A stretch of DNA of 64,000 nucleotides from Epithemia pelagica (Eukaryota > Protista > Bacillariophyta), in contig OX337229.1 of NCBI GenBank assembly GCA_946965045.2, positions 1,054,001-1,118,000 on the forward strand, written 5' to 3'. This document shows, piece by piece, positions 1-11,728 of the stretch. The translations under genes and the position numbers were made by a program. The notes under the pieces are model-generated. The model saw only the letters and a list, made by a program, of their open reading frames with translations, had not been told where the DNA came from and ran no database searches. Within the stretch, counting starts at the first letter, position 1. Each line of letters starts with the position of its first letter.

Positions 1-1
1 G

Positions 2-1132
2 GAGCGAGTGCTGGCCACGGGACCGGACGTGATGTTTGCCGTGGCCGATTTGGATCCCACAGACGATACCATTGAAGTCCTCTGCAGTGAATTTTTTGCC
101 AAACGTGTGTCACTCAAATCCATTCATATCCCTCGTCATGCAAACAAAGACAAGAAAAAGGCTGGACGCAAAAGCTTGCCCAAAGTTGTCTTTGAACGAA
201 CGATTGATGAACGATGCGGTGCTGCCTTTGGTTGCATTTGGGCCGATTTAGATGTGGAAGACACACCACAGGGTCAAGCCTCTCCCATGGTTTTGGATTC
301 GGGAAGTACCGTTCCCTGTCTCAAGCGGGGAGACGACTGCTCTCATTTGTTAGTCACAAGCCACGAGTGTACCTATGCCGAAACGACGGACCGTACCGCA
401 TGGAACCAAATTTCTGAAACCGGAGAGGAAGAGCTCAATGGATCCGGTGGCCATGCGCAGAACGAAAAGGAGAACACTGTCGATGCAATCAGCAGTGCCC
501 CGTCTAATGGTGAAGGAGCGTCATCAGTTTCCTCTGCAGAAGATGGAGGATCTCTTTTCGCCTATCGGATTCCTAAAGATACCCCATCTGCATGGAAGAC
601 ACAGCCATGGATACGCTCTACAGTAGCAACTGGCTTTAAAGTCCAAGGACAACTGGGTAACATGATCAATCCTGGTGCCCCCGGATTTGTGTATACCTTT
701 CACGCCAAAGAGGAGGTGGAAGCAAAAGGCAGGAGAACTCACCGTCCACGAAAACGGCCCTTGATTGCGGTTGCCGGGGATTGTGCGGAATCAGCTTATA
801 TCTTCCGGCCGGAAAAGCACCAACAAGAAGACTCATGGAACGATATCGCTTCGGGGAGAACACAAAAAGATAGAGGATCATCCACTCAACAACAACCACA
901 ACAAAAGCACATGGCCGACCGCGACATGTCAACGAACTACAAACTCATGGCGGAGATTCAATGTCAAGCGACGGTTGGATCGATTGGCATTGGATACGAC
1001 GATTTTCTCTCGTTGCCGACACAGGAAAGTGGATATGCGAAACTTTACATTCCGTGTTTTGAAAAGGATAAGATCCTTGTCTTTGCACTGGGAAGCGGCG
1101 AGGATGTGGATGACGAAGACAATGACTGGTAA
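2..1132 (+). CDS. Hypothetical protein, C-terminal part (5' truncated by window edge); possibly beta-propeller/FG-GAP-like
   Basis: Frame is open from position 2 to the stop at 1132 (>374 aa). It has globular-looking motifs (NPGAPGFVYTF, PLIAVAGD, ATVGSIGIGY) and an acidic C-terminus. The fold is a guess. Confidence 0.7.
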   Translation, partial: ERVLATGPDVMFAVADLDPTDDTIEVLCSEFFAKRVSLKSIHIPRHANKDKKKAGRKSLPKVVFERTIDERCGAAFGCIWADLDVEDTPQGQASPMVLDSGSTVPCLKRGDDCSHLLVTSHECTYAETTDRTAWNQISETGEEELNGSGGHAQNEKENTVDAISSAPSNGEGASSVSSAEDGGSLFAYRIPKDTPSAWKTQPWIRSTVATGFKVQGQLGNMINPGAPGFVYTFHAKEEVEAKGRRTHRPRKRPLIAVAGDCAESAYIFRPEKHQQEDSWNDIASGRTQKDRGSSTQQQPQQKHMADRDMSTNYKLMAEIQCQATVGSIGIGYDDFLSLPTQESGYAKLYIPCFEKDKILVFALGSGEDVDDEDNDW

Positions 1133-2440
1133 GACAAGAGATCATGCTTGAGCACAAATCTTCAGTTCAACATATACAACAAGAAAGCGCTCGTACAGCG
1201 ATTTTCGTTGTGAGCTCCAGTGGTTGAAGCTGCTCATGTATCGTCGCATCAATTTTTGCTCCTTCACGAAATGCTTCAGATGACAAAGATGATGCTTTAA
1301 GTTTTACATTGGGCAGCAGCCCTATAGATGGAGGAATGAGCAACGTTTGTTACCCTCGAAGACACTTGGGCAACAACACAAGCCCCAAGAACATGAAGAG
1401 AGAACCGAAAACCTGTTCGACACTTAACACGTCTGTCTACTTTCAGAGAGCCATTCTCCACTTTTCATCTCCCAGACTCCTATGAACCTTTTCCTCGGTC
1501 TGGTGGGTAGCGTCTTTCCTAAAGAGAAGGAGAAAAACATAGAAGCAGTTTCCCGGAACACTATGCGTTAAGAAAAGCCGCGCCGTACTACAGTTTCTCT
1601 ACAAAAAGATCATTTCCGCAGCATTGCGTATGGTTCAAACTGATATTCTTGCATAAATAGTACGTCTTTCGTTGTTTGGTTCTCTTTGAAGAAAGTAGAC
1701 ACCCTTTCCTCGGACAAGCTTTCCCACAAGACCTCAATCTGAGCACGAGAATGTTTTACCCTCTCCTCTAGGTAGGTACCACTCCTACTCCCATGATCTA
1801 TGATCTATGCGATGGACTCCGTTGGGGTTAGCAGTTACTCCGCTAGAACAACATGAACAAAAGATGAGAGCAGGGGGATTTGGGATTTGCGGTTTTACGA
1901 GAGCCGGCCGTCTATCCGACGGGCGGACATGCCCCACAATAGTTTTTTGTGTATGAATCTTTTGTGACGTATGATCAGACAAAGAAGAGTTCTATGAGCT
2001 GAAGAGTACTTTACCAGAGAGACACAAGAAAGATGGGGCTTTTCTCGGAGTCTCGCGGTCTGGGATGGATGAAGCGATCTTTCAGATCTTTTTATGGTTG
2101 TGTTCTGAGTTGGTCTATCGGGCTGGAATTGCGATTGTATACACGATGCAGTTGATCGGTTTGCGTTCTCTCGTCTCCACGACCAGTAGCCGCCGTGTGT
2201 TTGCTGCTGTTGGGACAAATAATTGCTCTAGGCTCTCTCCACTAGTAACAACCAGAACGGGATTGCGGTAAGTAGACATACATTTGCGTGCCAGAACGCG
2301 ACAACATCCCTTGCAGCCTTTGCAAGATCCACATATCACGCAATCTTCATACGAATCGCTCGTCGTACACGACATCTGTTGTCTCCGAGACTGAAACAAA
2401 GCATCCTCTTCTGTGAAAACAGGACTAGATAGATACAACG

Positions 2441-3182
2441 ATGGGGAAGGACGAAAACGAGGGGGAACCTGAGACCAAGAAAGCAAAGTGAGTGTGCCGT
2501 CACCTGCTTCATCACTGCACGTCCATGAATCTCTTGTGGAAGGACCTCTGCAGCTGAGACGAAGTTGCTTGCGGGAAACCTGAACGATGTCAATGCATGA
2601 TGTTGCTTTATGAAGAAAGATACCATGGAATGTCGTCAACGGGGATCTCGTGTTGGAATACTGTGCTCTATGTTGATGCCGTGAATCTTTTTCCCATGGA
2701 ATTGTACGTCTCACACTACTGCTTTCTTGTATCTACAATTTTTGCTCATGCTCATGAACTTATAGAACCATGACTACTATTACGGAAGGGGTTGAATTTG
2801 ATACTATTGCCCGCGAATGGCGTTGCAAATGGAGTGCCGACGATGATAAGAAATCATTGGCTGAAGCACAAAAGTTGTTGACCTCCGTTGTGGCCGATGT
2901 CAAGGCTGTCGAGGGAGTCAAGGGTGTCCAACGCGTCGTTTGTGGTGGATGTAAGTACCATTGGAACTGTCAGAAAATCATTTAAGGTCTCCGTCGTGTC
3001 GCCTCACTTCCTTTTCTATTTTAGGCTTGGATTTTAAAGTGATCACCTCTCTCACTGCCGAAAAATTTGGAGATTGGGAAAAGGCAAGTTTCAAGCCAGA
3101 AGAGGAGTTTTTGGAAAAGTTGAAGGCCATTGATGGAATCACTCAAGTCGAAACACAAACCTACACTCTCATGCCTATGTAA
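2441..3182 (+). CDS. Small conserved-looking algal protein with a CGGC motif; 3 exons (2441-2487, 2766-2950, 3025-3182), about 129 aa
   Basis: Intron 2951-3024 (GTAAGT...TTTTAG) joins [14 protein letters not shown] in frame. A probable upstream exon [16 protein letters not shown] with donor GTGAGT (2488) and acceptor TATAG (2765) joins in frame to [12 protein letters not shown]. An alternative start is at 2770. Confidence 0.8.
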
Positions 3183-3281
3183 GTCATAAGTCATAATATG
3201 AAGGCATCTATATCTTATCTATTAAGAGAAGAAGTTTCGGGTATTATACTTTTAGTTGGAAAGTTGTTTAGCTGTATGGCA

Positions 3282-4539
3282 TTATTGGTCACTAGGACTT
3301 TTCCCCCATCGCTTTCCCCAATAGTCGTGAAGGAGTGGATCGATCTCTGTGTTTTCGAGCTCTTCTGCCTCTTTCGACGTAGCTGCCTCTTTCATGTCTT
3401 CCTCAGATCCCAATGGCTCACCTTTCATAAAACAAGAATCGAAAGTGCGCAAGATCAAACCACAACTTATGAGACAGGCAGAGCAAAGAGCACAGTGGTT
3501 GCACGGACAACAAGACGGAAACAGCATAAAACCAAATCTTACCTGAATCGGAAAGAGCTTCCACCACATCATCATCCTCATCGTCAAGCTGTCTTTTCAT
3601 CTCTTCAAACTTCTCTTTTTGAGTCATCTTTGCTCTCTGCTCATCCAAATCAACAATCTTATAATCTTTAAACTTTGACTGTTTGTGAAGGGGATTTGGA
3701 AGCACACCTTGGTATTCGGTGTCCTCTTCGTTAATGATATCATCCTCAAAGCCAAGAGGATCATCATCATAACCCCACTTGTACATGTGGATTTGAGTTC
3801 CCAAAACAACTTCTGATACGTGCGACGACCATTTTGGCATGGCATATCCAGCTGTCAAAATTTTACATTGGCTGCCAACAAGCTGCCGCTCCAAGACTGG
3901 TTGGAACTTTTTGAGAGCTTTCTGAGCAAAGAACATGGTAATAATCGTGGCTTCTCGAATCTTTTCCCAGACAGGGTGTTTCTCGTCCATAAGGTCAGCA
4001 ATATGGAATTCGATGTTTGTGGGTTTGGGATGGCGGCGGGCCAAGCGCTCCTCCGCTCGTCGAAGAATTTCTTCGTCCACGTCAATTCCAATACTACGTT
4101 CCAACTTCACATTGTCAACCGCGTGAAAATTAATTCGTCCGTCTCCACAACCCAAATCGACATGGATATCATGTGGTTGAGCTTCCGCCAAATCAAAATA
4201 TTTGCGGTATGCCGACTCTGCGAGCGGAGTCCAGGGGCTCAATGAAGCCTTTTCCATATATTCCTCCAAAGTTGCCCCTTTACCATGGTGGTATGGTGTT
4301 TCCATGTAAAAGGCATCGGGTGTCCTCACATAGTCTTCTTGTGGATACGGATCATAATTGGGCCGTTTGCGTCGAGATCGCACGGAGAACGATCGAGCTT
4401 GCCGTTGTTGTTGATCGACGCCATCGACAAGCGACCATGATTTCTCGAAGCAGCTCTGCCCAAAAGCTCTCAGCTGTAGTTTTCTCACACCAATTCGTGC
4501 CGCTGGAGAGATGAATCCAATCGATCTGCATGGAAGCAT
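3282..4539 (-). CDS. Class I SAM-dependent methyltransferase (FAM173/ANTKMT-like lysine methyltransferase), probably mitochondrial; intron 3422-3542
   Basis: Motif I VDLGCGDGR, SIGIDVD and ATIITMFF...KILTAGY are present, and the Arg/Ser-rich N-terminus looks like a transit peptide. Donor TCAG|GTAAGA and acceptor AAAG|GTGAG join in frame to the last exon (GEPLGSEEDMK...SPSDQ*). Confidence 0.75.
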
Positions 4540-4912
4540 GACAAATTGTTTGTCCTCCTTCTATACTTGATACGCTTATTTTCAGACTTCGACTCGAGAT
4601 TCGAAAGATTTTTGACGGTCGTCGTTGGGGACTGGAGGGAGGCACGGAAGATGGGGGAGAACTACCCCCAAGCAAGGGTGAGTCAGTCACGCGTGATTGG
4701 ATGCACGATGTGCATCCGTATGTACCTTTAGGTACGACCTATGTGCGACCTGGACTCACCCCTGCTTGGGGGTAGGGGGAGAACTGGGATTCGGCGCACA
4801 TGCTTCCGCGGGCGGGCAAGAGTTCCAACTTCCACTTAATGCCGATCCGGCGCGCCAGGCGTGATCCCTCCGTCGACAGCAACGAACAACACACCAAAAA
4901 AACAAAGAAACC

Positions 4913-5387
4913 ATGGTATGCACAGGAAAGGCTCTGCTTCCGGTCGTGATCCTAATCGGGGCTCTTATAGCTGCAAGCATACATGTGAGGAGCCGCGCAT
5001 CGGTAATGGTAAGATTTGTTCCATTGTTGTCACGGTTAGAATTTATGCGGCTTTTTCTTTTCGCAAACAGCTTCAAAATATACTGAATGCTTTCACTCTT
5101 TTGTCACTCATTAATCTTGTGCGCTCAATCCTTATCAGAGTCAAGCGAACATGGTACCTCGGCCCATGATAGGAAATGTTAATCAAGTCAATCGAGAAGG
5201 ACCATGGCCAGAATGCCTTGGTATGGAATCTCCACTGTGTGCAGAATTGATCCAACAATATGCAAAAACTGTTTCCTCAATCGAAGTTGTCGAGGAGGGT
5301 TCCAGGTGTGAGGGCTTTCAACCATCTCGTGTCTGCATCTATGTCAACCCAGAAGGAGATGTTACTAAGATACCGCACAAGGGTTGA
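4913..5387 (+). CDS. Secreted potato inhibitor I (I13) family serine-protease inhibitor; exons 4913-5008 and 5139-5387
   Basis: Exon 1 encodes a hydrophobic signal (MVCTGKALLPVVILIGALIAAS). The phase-0 intron runs GTAAGA...TATCAG. Exon 2 has WPECLG...EEGS...SRVCIYVNPEGDVTKIPHKG, matching the WPELVG...RV...G.V...P..G family pattern. Confidence 0.8.
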
Positions 5388-6108
5388 TTTCAGGTCAAGA
5401 AATCGATGAACCCATAGTCGTTACCAATGTGTGCCATTTTAGTTGTATGATTTGAGTCGAAGGGGATGAGATGGTTTAATTTCTGACTAACCACTGCATC
5501 ATTCTTTTGCATAGTGATACGATTCTCGGAAGAATCAGCTTTGCTTTTTACTACGGAGAGCGATTCCGTACAGAGCATATCCCATTATCAGTGGAATTCA
5601 TGTTTTTCAATAATGACACGGCTCTAAGAGTAATCATGAGCTTGGTAATTAGAAACATCTATTGAATCTTGTTATCTTCATGCCCCTTCTAGTTCATCAC
5701 TTCGCTTACAAGAATCTCATCCTCGTCATCATCTCGTGGACTGCTGATTCTCATGCGTCCAAGTGTCTCGTGGGGACTCCAAAACCTGAAACGAAGCACG
5801 TACATGTTGCTCATGGGAACAACATTTCTGCGTATACCAGGTGACACAGCTAAGCAAACGAACAAAACTATTTGTCCCTACAAAAGTCTTTGCACTCCCA
5901 ATCGAACGCAGGAAATGAGAAACTTTTCCGGACACATAGTTGAAAGCATCCCAACTCTTTTGGACGGCGAGAAAAACCATTGCACGAAAAACGTCCCATG
6001 GATTTTGAAAAGGAATGGAACACTGGAGGCGAATCGATATACTATAAATGTGGTGTGCGTAAATTGTGTATTGATGATGGAGGATATACTGACTACATCA
6101 AAAGGAAT

Positions 6109-6738
6109 CTAGCGTTGTGATCCGCCACGGTTTCCCTTGCCTCCCATATGTTTCGGTACCTTTTGGTATGGTTGACCCGGTTTTTTGGAGCCTGCCTTAC
6201 CCTTGGCGGTGCTCTTGGCCTTGTTGGCGGCCTTACGTTCCTTCAACTCCTTCAATGCCGCCTCCCGAGCCGCTGTCCGCAATTCATTCTTTTGTGCCGC
6301 CTTTTTCTTAATATCTTCCAAACTGGCTCCCACAACCGCACGTTGAACTTTTCCGGCACGGCGAGTTCGTTTCTTTGAAGTTGTTTCGGTTATACCCTTT
6401 TTGTGCAATCGACGCCAGGCCTGTGTCCATACCAATTTCGCAGCCTTCTTTCGCTGGATTGTCAAACTGAAGGCTTTCGATGAACCAAGCCAAATGGGCT
6501 TGGCATCACGACGGATCATAAGCTTCCCATTTCCGGGATAAATACGGTACTCAGAAAGAGCACACAATTCGGCTGTGAAACAATGTGTCCGGAATCAATG
6601 AATAACAGTACGAATCGTGGTGTGAGGTAAAGGAGCTTCATCCATTATTGTGCTCCTTCCCTATTGGTTTCTTATCCTCCGCGGAACTCCTCACTTCGAA
6701 ATAAAAGAATATATGTTTCACTTACTGTTGATAACCAT
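6109..6738 (-). CDS. RPL24: 60S ribosomal protein L24 (eL24); exons 6738-6726 and 6572-6109
   Basis: The spliced N-terminus reads MVINTELCALSEYRIYPGNG. Also present are KLVWTQAWRRLHKKG, VQRAVVGASLEDI and a Lys-rich tail. The canonical intron is 6573-6725. Confidence 0.97.
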
Positions 6739-7222
6739 GGTTGAGTAATGCCCTGACTATAGAACAATCAAGACCTTGACTCTGTTCAACAGGACCCTCG
6801 AACGACGATGATGGTCGAAAAGTAAAGCGATAAGCAGTAAAGTAAAAGGGGGAGCCCCCGGGAAGGGGAGAAAATCCCCCCATTTCATTGACAGGAGGTA
6901 TTACAGAGACTATTGGGTAGATCATTGTAGTTACGGATGCTCCCATTAGTTCTCTCCTTCTGTTGGCAATTGTGCTCTAATGAATAGATACTTTTTGAAA
7001 AGGAAAGAGTAAGCCATCGATTATGGCTCTTTGCTGTTCCGTCTCGTACATTTCTGTTGTTTGTCACGATGGTCGAGAATTGATTATCGCTAGCTAGAGA
7101 AAGCGGATGTTCAAGTGTTGGATGCACTGTCGAACTCTTCAAACCAATGGTTTACGTTTTACAGCTTAGGTTCATGACATACATGGCTTTATTCTGACCT
7201 ACTATATATTGCCTCGCTCTCT

Positions 7223-8080
7223 CTAGGACCAAAAGCTAACATTTCGCGGTTTTGCTCCTTGTCGGTAATACAAGCCGGATGCCTTGTCTTTGAAAAAGGT
7301 TTCTCCATTTTCATAGGTTCGATCTCCATATGTTTTGTCTTGGACAAAGTCTCCTTTCGGCAGTTCGTCTTCTGTGTAGGGATCGTCATAGTAGGGATCG
7401 TAATCAATGCCAAATTCAATCTCAAAGGCTTCAATTTCGTCCTCCGACATGCGATGACTTTGTATTTCGTCGTCGTCCTCCTCATCATCATCATCGTATT
7501 CGTCGTAGTAATCGTCATCTTCTTCTTCCATCACTTGGACACGACGTCTCCGTCGTCCACGACCCAAGTCTTGTGCGGCTGCGCGTTGAGCTGCTTCTTC
7601 TTCTTCCATACGCGGTTTGCCATAGGCACTCCATTCCATGGACGCTTCTTGACGTCTCAGATCGAGTTCCGTCAATGTAGGATCTCGTCGTAACCGTTCT
7701 CTTCGACCCTCCGCCAAGCGCTGTTCCCAAGCATTTTCTTCGAGACGGATGCGACCAAATTTCTTGGCCAGAGCCAGAACCAATCCTAGACCGGCAAATG
7801 TCACGGTAAAGAACCCATCTGGTGTATCAACAATCACATTCAGCGCCGTTGACGATGATTGTTTTTTGCTTGTCCCTGTGAATTGTGGAACAACTGCCGT
7901 CGCCATAGGGCTGTGATGGGCTGGACTCTGGACGTGGTTGTTGACGTTGGGACGCAAAGGGTTCGTTATGAATGCTGGCCGCGCATCTATTCTCTCCATT
8001 CCACCAAAGACGGCAATCACTAATGCCGTCAGCAATGTCCACCGGCTTGCAAACGACAATGATGAAGCCATTGTAGTCAT
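7223..8080 (-). CDS. Hypothetical protein with bipartite plastid-type presequence and one TM helix, acidic C-terminus
   Basis: 285-aa ORF with a signal peptide ending at ARPAF, a Ser/Thr-rich transit segment ending STALN, a hydrophobic FTVTFAGLGLVLALA segment and a Tyr/Asp-rich C-terminal domain. Confidence 0.75.
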   Translation of the reverse strand: MTTMASSLSFASRWTLLTALVIAVFGGMERIDARPAFITNPLRPNVNNHVQSPAHHSPMATAVVPQFTGTSKKQSSSTALNVIVDTPDGFFTVTFAGLGLVLALAKKFGRIRLEENAWEQRLAEGRRERLRRDPTLTELDLRRQEASMEWSAYGKPRMEEEEAAQRAAAQDLGRGRRRRRVQVMEEEDDDYYDEYDDDDEEDDDEIQSHRMSEDEIEAFEIEFGIDYDPYYDDPYTEDELPKGDFVQDKTYGDRTYENGETFFKDKASGLYYRQGAKPRNVSFWS

Positions 8081-8480
8081 TGCAACGATGATGGTTCGTT
8101 TTGTTCTATCGGCAGTCGGCGTGTCAAGGAAAAAATCTTTGTGTCAAAATTCTGTGATGGGATCGCGTTTGGGTCATCACTACATACAGGTCGCGGAAAG
8201 GATTCGAACGAGCAACGGACATACGACTTCCCAGCGTCGGCGTCAAACCCGCTTCAACTTACGTCGACAAGCGCAACACCATCCACCAAGAGGACGTCCA
8301 CAGAACAACCATCAGAGCGCATCCACCAATCTTGCCCGGAAGATCCCAGAACTCTCAAGTCCCTCTCCTCCTCAACGACATCAAGGTATCCGTGTTCTCA
8401 CCACCTCCCAAACCCACATTCCGAAAGAGCGAGAGAGTTTCTGGACTGACCACCCATTGAAAGTGTGACGACAAATCACC

Positions 8481-10511
8481 ATGAAGTTCACCACTGCTGC
8501 AGTTGCAGCCGCTTGCTTCTTGGACTTGTATTCAGGCAGCACCGATGCATTCTCGCCTCACCTATCTGTGCACAATAAGCATGCCGCAAACAGCAAGAGA
8601 GTTGTTCCATTCGGATTGACTGGACTTCCGTCTGCTTCTTCTTCGTCCCTCTTTTCGTCTGTCCCAGATGATGAACTTTACCAACGTCGGCCTCGACCTC
8701 CTTACGTTCCGGGCCAAATTTCCGATCCAGATTATGTCCGAATTTTCGATACGACTCTTCGTGATGGGGAACAAAGTCCGGGTGCGACCTTGACTTCCAC
8801 GGAGAAATTGGAGATTGCCACCATGTTGGCCAAGTTGGGGGTCGATATCATTGAAGCAGGCTTCCCTATTGCCTCTCCGGATGATTTTAGTGCTGTCAAA
8901 CAAATTGCTGATGTTGTTGGCAATTACGTCTATGAAGACGGGTATGTACCAGTGATTTGTGGCCTCTCCAGGGCTAATGAAAAGGATATTCAGGTGGCAT
9001 GGGATGCTGTCAAGGGTGCCAAATTGCCCCGTGTTCATACCTTTATCGCCACGAGCCCCATCCACATGCAAACCAAACTCAAAAAGACACCGGATGAAGT
9101 TGTCGAGATTGCTGTCAATGCCGTCAAATTTGCCAAAAGTTTGGGTTGTAACGACATTGAATTCTCTCCTGAAGATGCAGGTCGCTCTGATCCGGAATTC
9201 CTCTACCGGGTCTTGTCGGAGGTTATTGAAGCCGGGGCCACAACCTTGAATATTCCTGACACCACCGGTTGGAACATGCCTTGGGAATTTGGTTCCCTCA
9301 TCAAGAAACTTCGTGAAAATGTCAAGGGGGCTGACTCTGTTGTCTTTAGTACACATTGCCAGAACGATCTCGGCCTCGCTACTGCAAACTCTTTGGCAGG
9401 AGCTCTCAATGGAGCCCGACAGTTGGAATGCACAATCAATGGCATTGGGGAGAGAGCAGGGAATGCATCTCTCGAGGAAATTGTCATGTCGTTGGCGCTG
9501 AAAGGAGCGACTCATTTTGAAGGTGGTCCAGGAACGGGTAAGTTGTACACTGGAATCAATCCAGTTCATATCACGCCCACGTCCAAAATGGTTTCGGAAT
9601 ACACGGGCATGGCGTGTCAACCACACAAGGCCATTGTGGGAGCCAACGCCTTTCAACACGAGTCTGGAATCCATCAGGATGGTATGATTAAAAACAAGGA
9701 AACCTATGAAATCATGACACCGGAAAGTATTGGTTTGATGCGCGGGGACTCTCAGTCCGGAGCCGGCATTGTTCTGGGCAAGCATTCGGGTCGCAATGCT
9801 GTCGGTACACGTTTGCGTGAATTGGGCTATGATCTCGATGGAGATAAGCTCAATGCTGTCTTTTCACGCTTTAAGCAAGTCGCCGAGCGAAAGAAGGGCG
9901 GAATTGAAGATGAGGATCTGGAAGCTCTGGTGGTGGATCAGGCCGGTCTTTCCAATATGCTCTGGGAGGTGACGGGTCTGCAAGTCGCCACCGGTCTGTC
10001 GGGTATTCCAACGGCTACAGTCAAAATGGTTGGTCCCGATGGTGTGGAACGTTACGTTGCCAGCACGGGTACTGGTCCAGTGGATGCCGTGTACAAGGCC
10101 ATTGATCAAATCATGGGAGTCTCGGTCATTTTGGAAACATACCACTTGAACTCGGTCTCGGAAGGAATTGAGGCTCTTGCCACGACGCGAGTCACAATTG
10201 CTCCGACGTCGGGAGGCCCCAATGATTCTCGCTATGTGCATTCGCAGTCGGGATATCGCAATCGCAAGTTTTCGGGATCCGGTTCCGACACGGACATTAT
10301 GACATCCTCGGCTCGGGCCTATGTGTCGGCCCTGAACAAGTTGCTCAAGTGGAATGTGCGACGAAGAGAGCAGGAACGTGAGGATGTAAGTGCCAATGGA
10401 AGTGCCGATGCCCAAGCGGACGTTGGAGAAGCACAACCCGCGGAACCCATGGAAGTGCAAGAAGTGATTCCCTCCTCAAAGAACTCGAAGCAAAACGATA
10501 AACATTTCTAG
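8481..10511 (+). CDS. leuA: 2-isopropylmalate synthase, plastid-targeted
   Basis: [38 protein letters not shown] and LGKHSGR are present, with the C-terminal regulatory domain ([11 protein letters not shown]). The presequence contains TDAFSP. Confidence 0.97.
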   Translation: MKFTTAAVAAACFLDLYSGSTDAFSPHLSVHNKHAANSKRVVPFGLTGLPSASSSSLFSSVPDDELYQRRPRPPYVPGQISDPDYVRIFDTTLRDGEQSPGATLTSTEKLEIATMLAKLGVDIIEAGFPIASPDDFSAVKQIADVVGNYVYEDGYVPVICGLSRANEKDIQVAWDAVKGAKLPRVHTFIATSPIHMQTKLKKTPDEVVEIAVNAVKFAKSLGCNDIEFSPEDAGRSDPEFLYRVLSEVIEAGATTLNIPDTTGWNMPWEFGSLIKKLRENVKGADSVVFSTHCQNDLGLATANSLAGALNGARQLECTINGIGERAGNASLEEIVMSLALKGATHFEGGPGTGKLYTGINPVHITPTSKMVSEYTGMACQPHKAIVGANAFQHESGIHQDGMIKNKETYEIMTPESIGLMRGDSQSGAGIVLGKHSGRNAVGTRLRELGYDLDGDKLNAVFSRFKQVAERKKGGIEDEDLEALVVDQAGLSNMLWEVTGLQVATGLSGIPTATVKMVGPDGVERYVASTGTGPVDAVYKAIDQIMGVSVILETYHLNSVSEGIEALATTRVTIAPTSGGPNDSRYVHSQSGYRNRKFSGSGSDTDIMTSSARAYVSALNKLLKWNVRRREQEREDVSANGSADAQADVGEAQPAEPMEVQEVIPSSKNSKQNDKHF

Positions 10512-10846
10512 GTCATTTTACGTTTACCAACATCTTTACCGTTCGATAGGAGATGGCCCAAAGTTTGAGAAGATTTAGCTGGCTCTTCTTCTTCGAAACG
10601 GGGGTAAACCATCGACATGACTCCGCCAGCAGAACCTGAACGATGATACGCTTGATGGAAGCTTCGGGCAAATAGCAAACATGCGGTCGTGTCTCAACCA
10701 TGGTGCACAAAATGTCAGTTTTGAAGGCTTTGTGAAGTGTAGCCAACCGCCACGACATTTGTTCTGTTCATGTTGTCTGTTTGTCTGGTATGACTTCATG
10801 TGGACGAAACTTTGAAGATTGTCCCAACGGAGGATACCTCATGTTC

Positions 10847-11728
10847 TCACGTCTTTTTCGGTGCGGCCAATCCATCCTCTCCACGTTCCGAGGCTCTTTG
10901 TTCCAACATCCAGGCTGGAAGGTTGGATATTCCTCGTCCTCGTCCCATGCTTCGTTGGGCTAATTGTTCAACATTGCCGGCTCGAGCCAATTCTTCCCGT
11001 TCTTTTTGCAAATGCTCACGGAGTCGTTCTTGTTGTTCCAATGCCTGTTGACGTTCGTTTTCGAGCTGGATTCGTTCCTTCTCAAATTGCTTGCGTTCCC
11101 AATATTGCAAAAGATCATTGGGTACCATGGGATCATAGGGATCGTCAATGAGTTTCTCATGTACCGGCTGTTGTTGTTGTTGTTGTTGTTGTGGATTTTC
11201 GGAGGGATAGAGCTGCGGATTGGTATTGGGGGAGTCCACGTCTTTTGTTGGTTCTTGTGCTCGAGAGGAAAGCGCAGGATCATCGTGTACGTTCATTACA
11301 GCTGGATTCCCTTGTGTATCCGTCGTCATGGTTTCGACCCTCTGAGAAGAAACGATAGTGTCCTGGTTGGACAGTAGTGAAAACTGCAATGGTTTCGACG
11401 ACGATAATGACGACGACGACACCTTGGAGGAGGACTTGTTGTCCACCATTCCAGCTTTCTTCTTGACCGGGGGGACAACCGCAGGGTTCCTTCTACGAGC
11501 TGCCATGGGAACAAAGGCGGGCATTGTCTTTGGTTTCTTTGCGGGTCCATTCTTGGGTGCATCCATGGGACGACCCAACGACTGTTCACCGCCTGCTGTT
11601 GTTGCTGCTGCTGTTTTGGATGGCTGGTGATTCTTGTTGTCTCCCTCCGTCGTAGTCGTCGTATCCGATCCATCTTTTTGGGAGACATTTTTCGTGGCTG
11701 GAAGGTCTCCAAACAGACCTCCATACAT
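10847..11728 (-). CDS. SPF45/RBM17-like N-terminal region protein (low complexity, coiled coil); the 3' end may continue through an unresolved intron
   Basis: The start MYGGLFGDLP, the DPYDPMVPND motif resembling SPF45 (YDP..PNDY) followed by a coiled coil, and GRGRGISNLPAWM support the call. A possible donor GTGAGA lies at 10850, but no convincing downstream UHM exon was found. Confidence 0.55.
   Translation of the reverse strand: MYGGLFGDLPATKNVSQKDGSDTTTTTEGDNKNHQPSKTAAATTAGGEQSLGRPMDAPKNGPAKKPKTMPAFVPMAARRRNPAVVPPVKKKAGMVDNKSSSKVSSSSLSSSKPLQFSLLSNQDTIVSSQRVETMTTDTQGNPAVMNVHDDPALSSRAQEPTKDVDSPNTNPQLYPSENPQQQQQQQQPVHEKLIDDPYDPMVPNDLLQYWERKQFEKERIQLENERQQALEQQERLREHLQKEREELARAGNVEQLAQRSMGRGRGISNLPAWMLEQRASERGEDGLAAPKKT

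Noticed and set aside
1975-2271. Plus-strand open stretch (KEEFYELK...TRTGLR) ending at a GTAAGT donor-like site
   Set aside because: No start, partner exons or homology could be identified, so it cannot be supported as a gene.
2115-2714. Minus-strand 199-aa ORF with Cys-rich CVICGSCKGCKGCC
   Set aside because: It overlaps the better-supported plus-strand exon 1 and intron of the 2441-3182 gene, and it has no recognisable domain.
5390-5990. Short minus-strand open frames between the inhibitor gene and RPL24
   Set aside because: No consistent exon chain or recognisable motif; left as intergenic.
8562-9785. Long antisense ORFs (8562-9785 opposite leuA; also 41693-42589, 9864-10460, 50191-50883)
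   Set aside because: Shadow ORFs of well-supported genes, expected from codon bias.
11168-11191. (GTT)n and (AAC)n microsatellites (also near 50163-50184)
   Set aside because: Ordinary poly-Gln and poly-Asn tracts inside coding regions.
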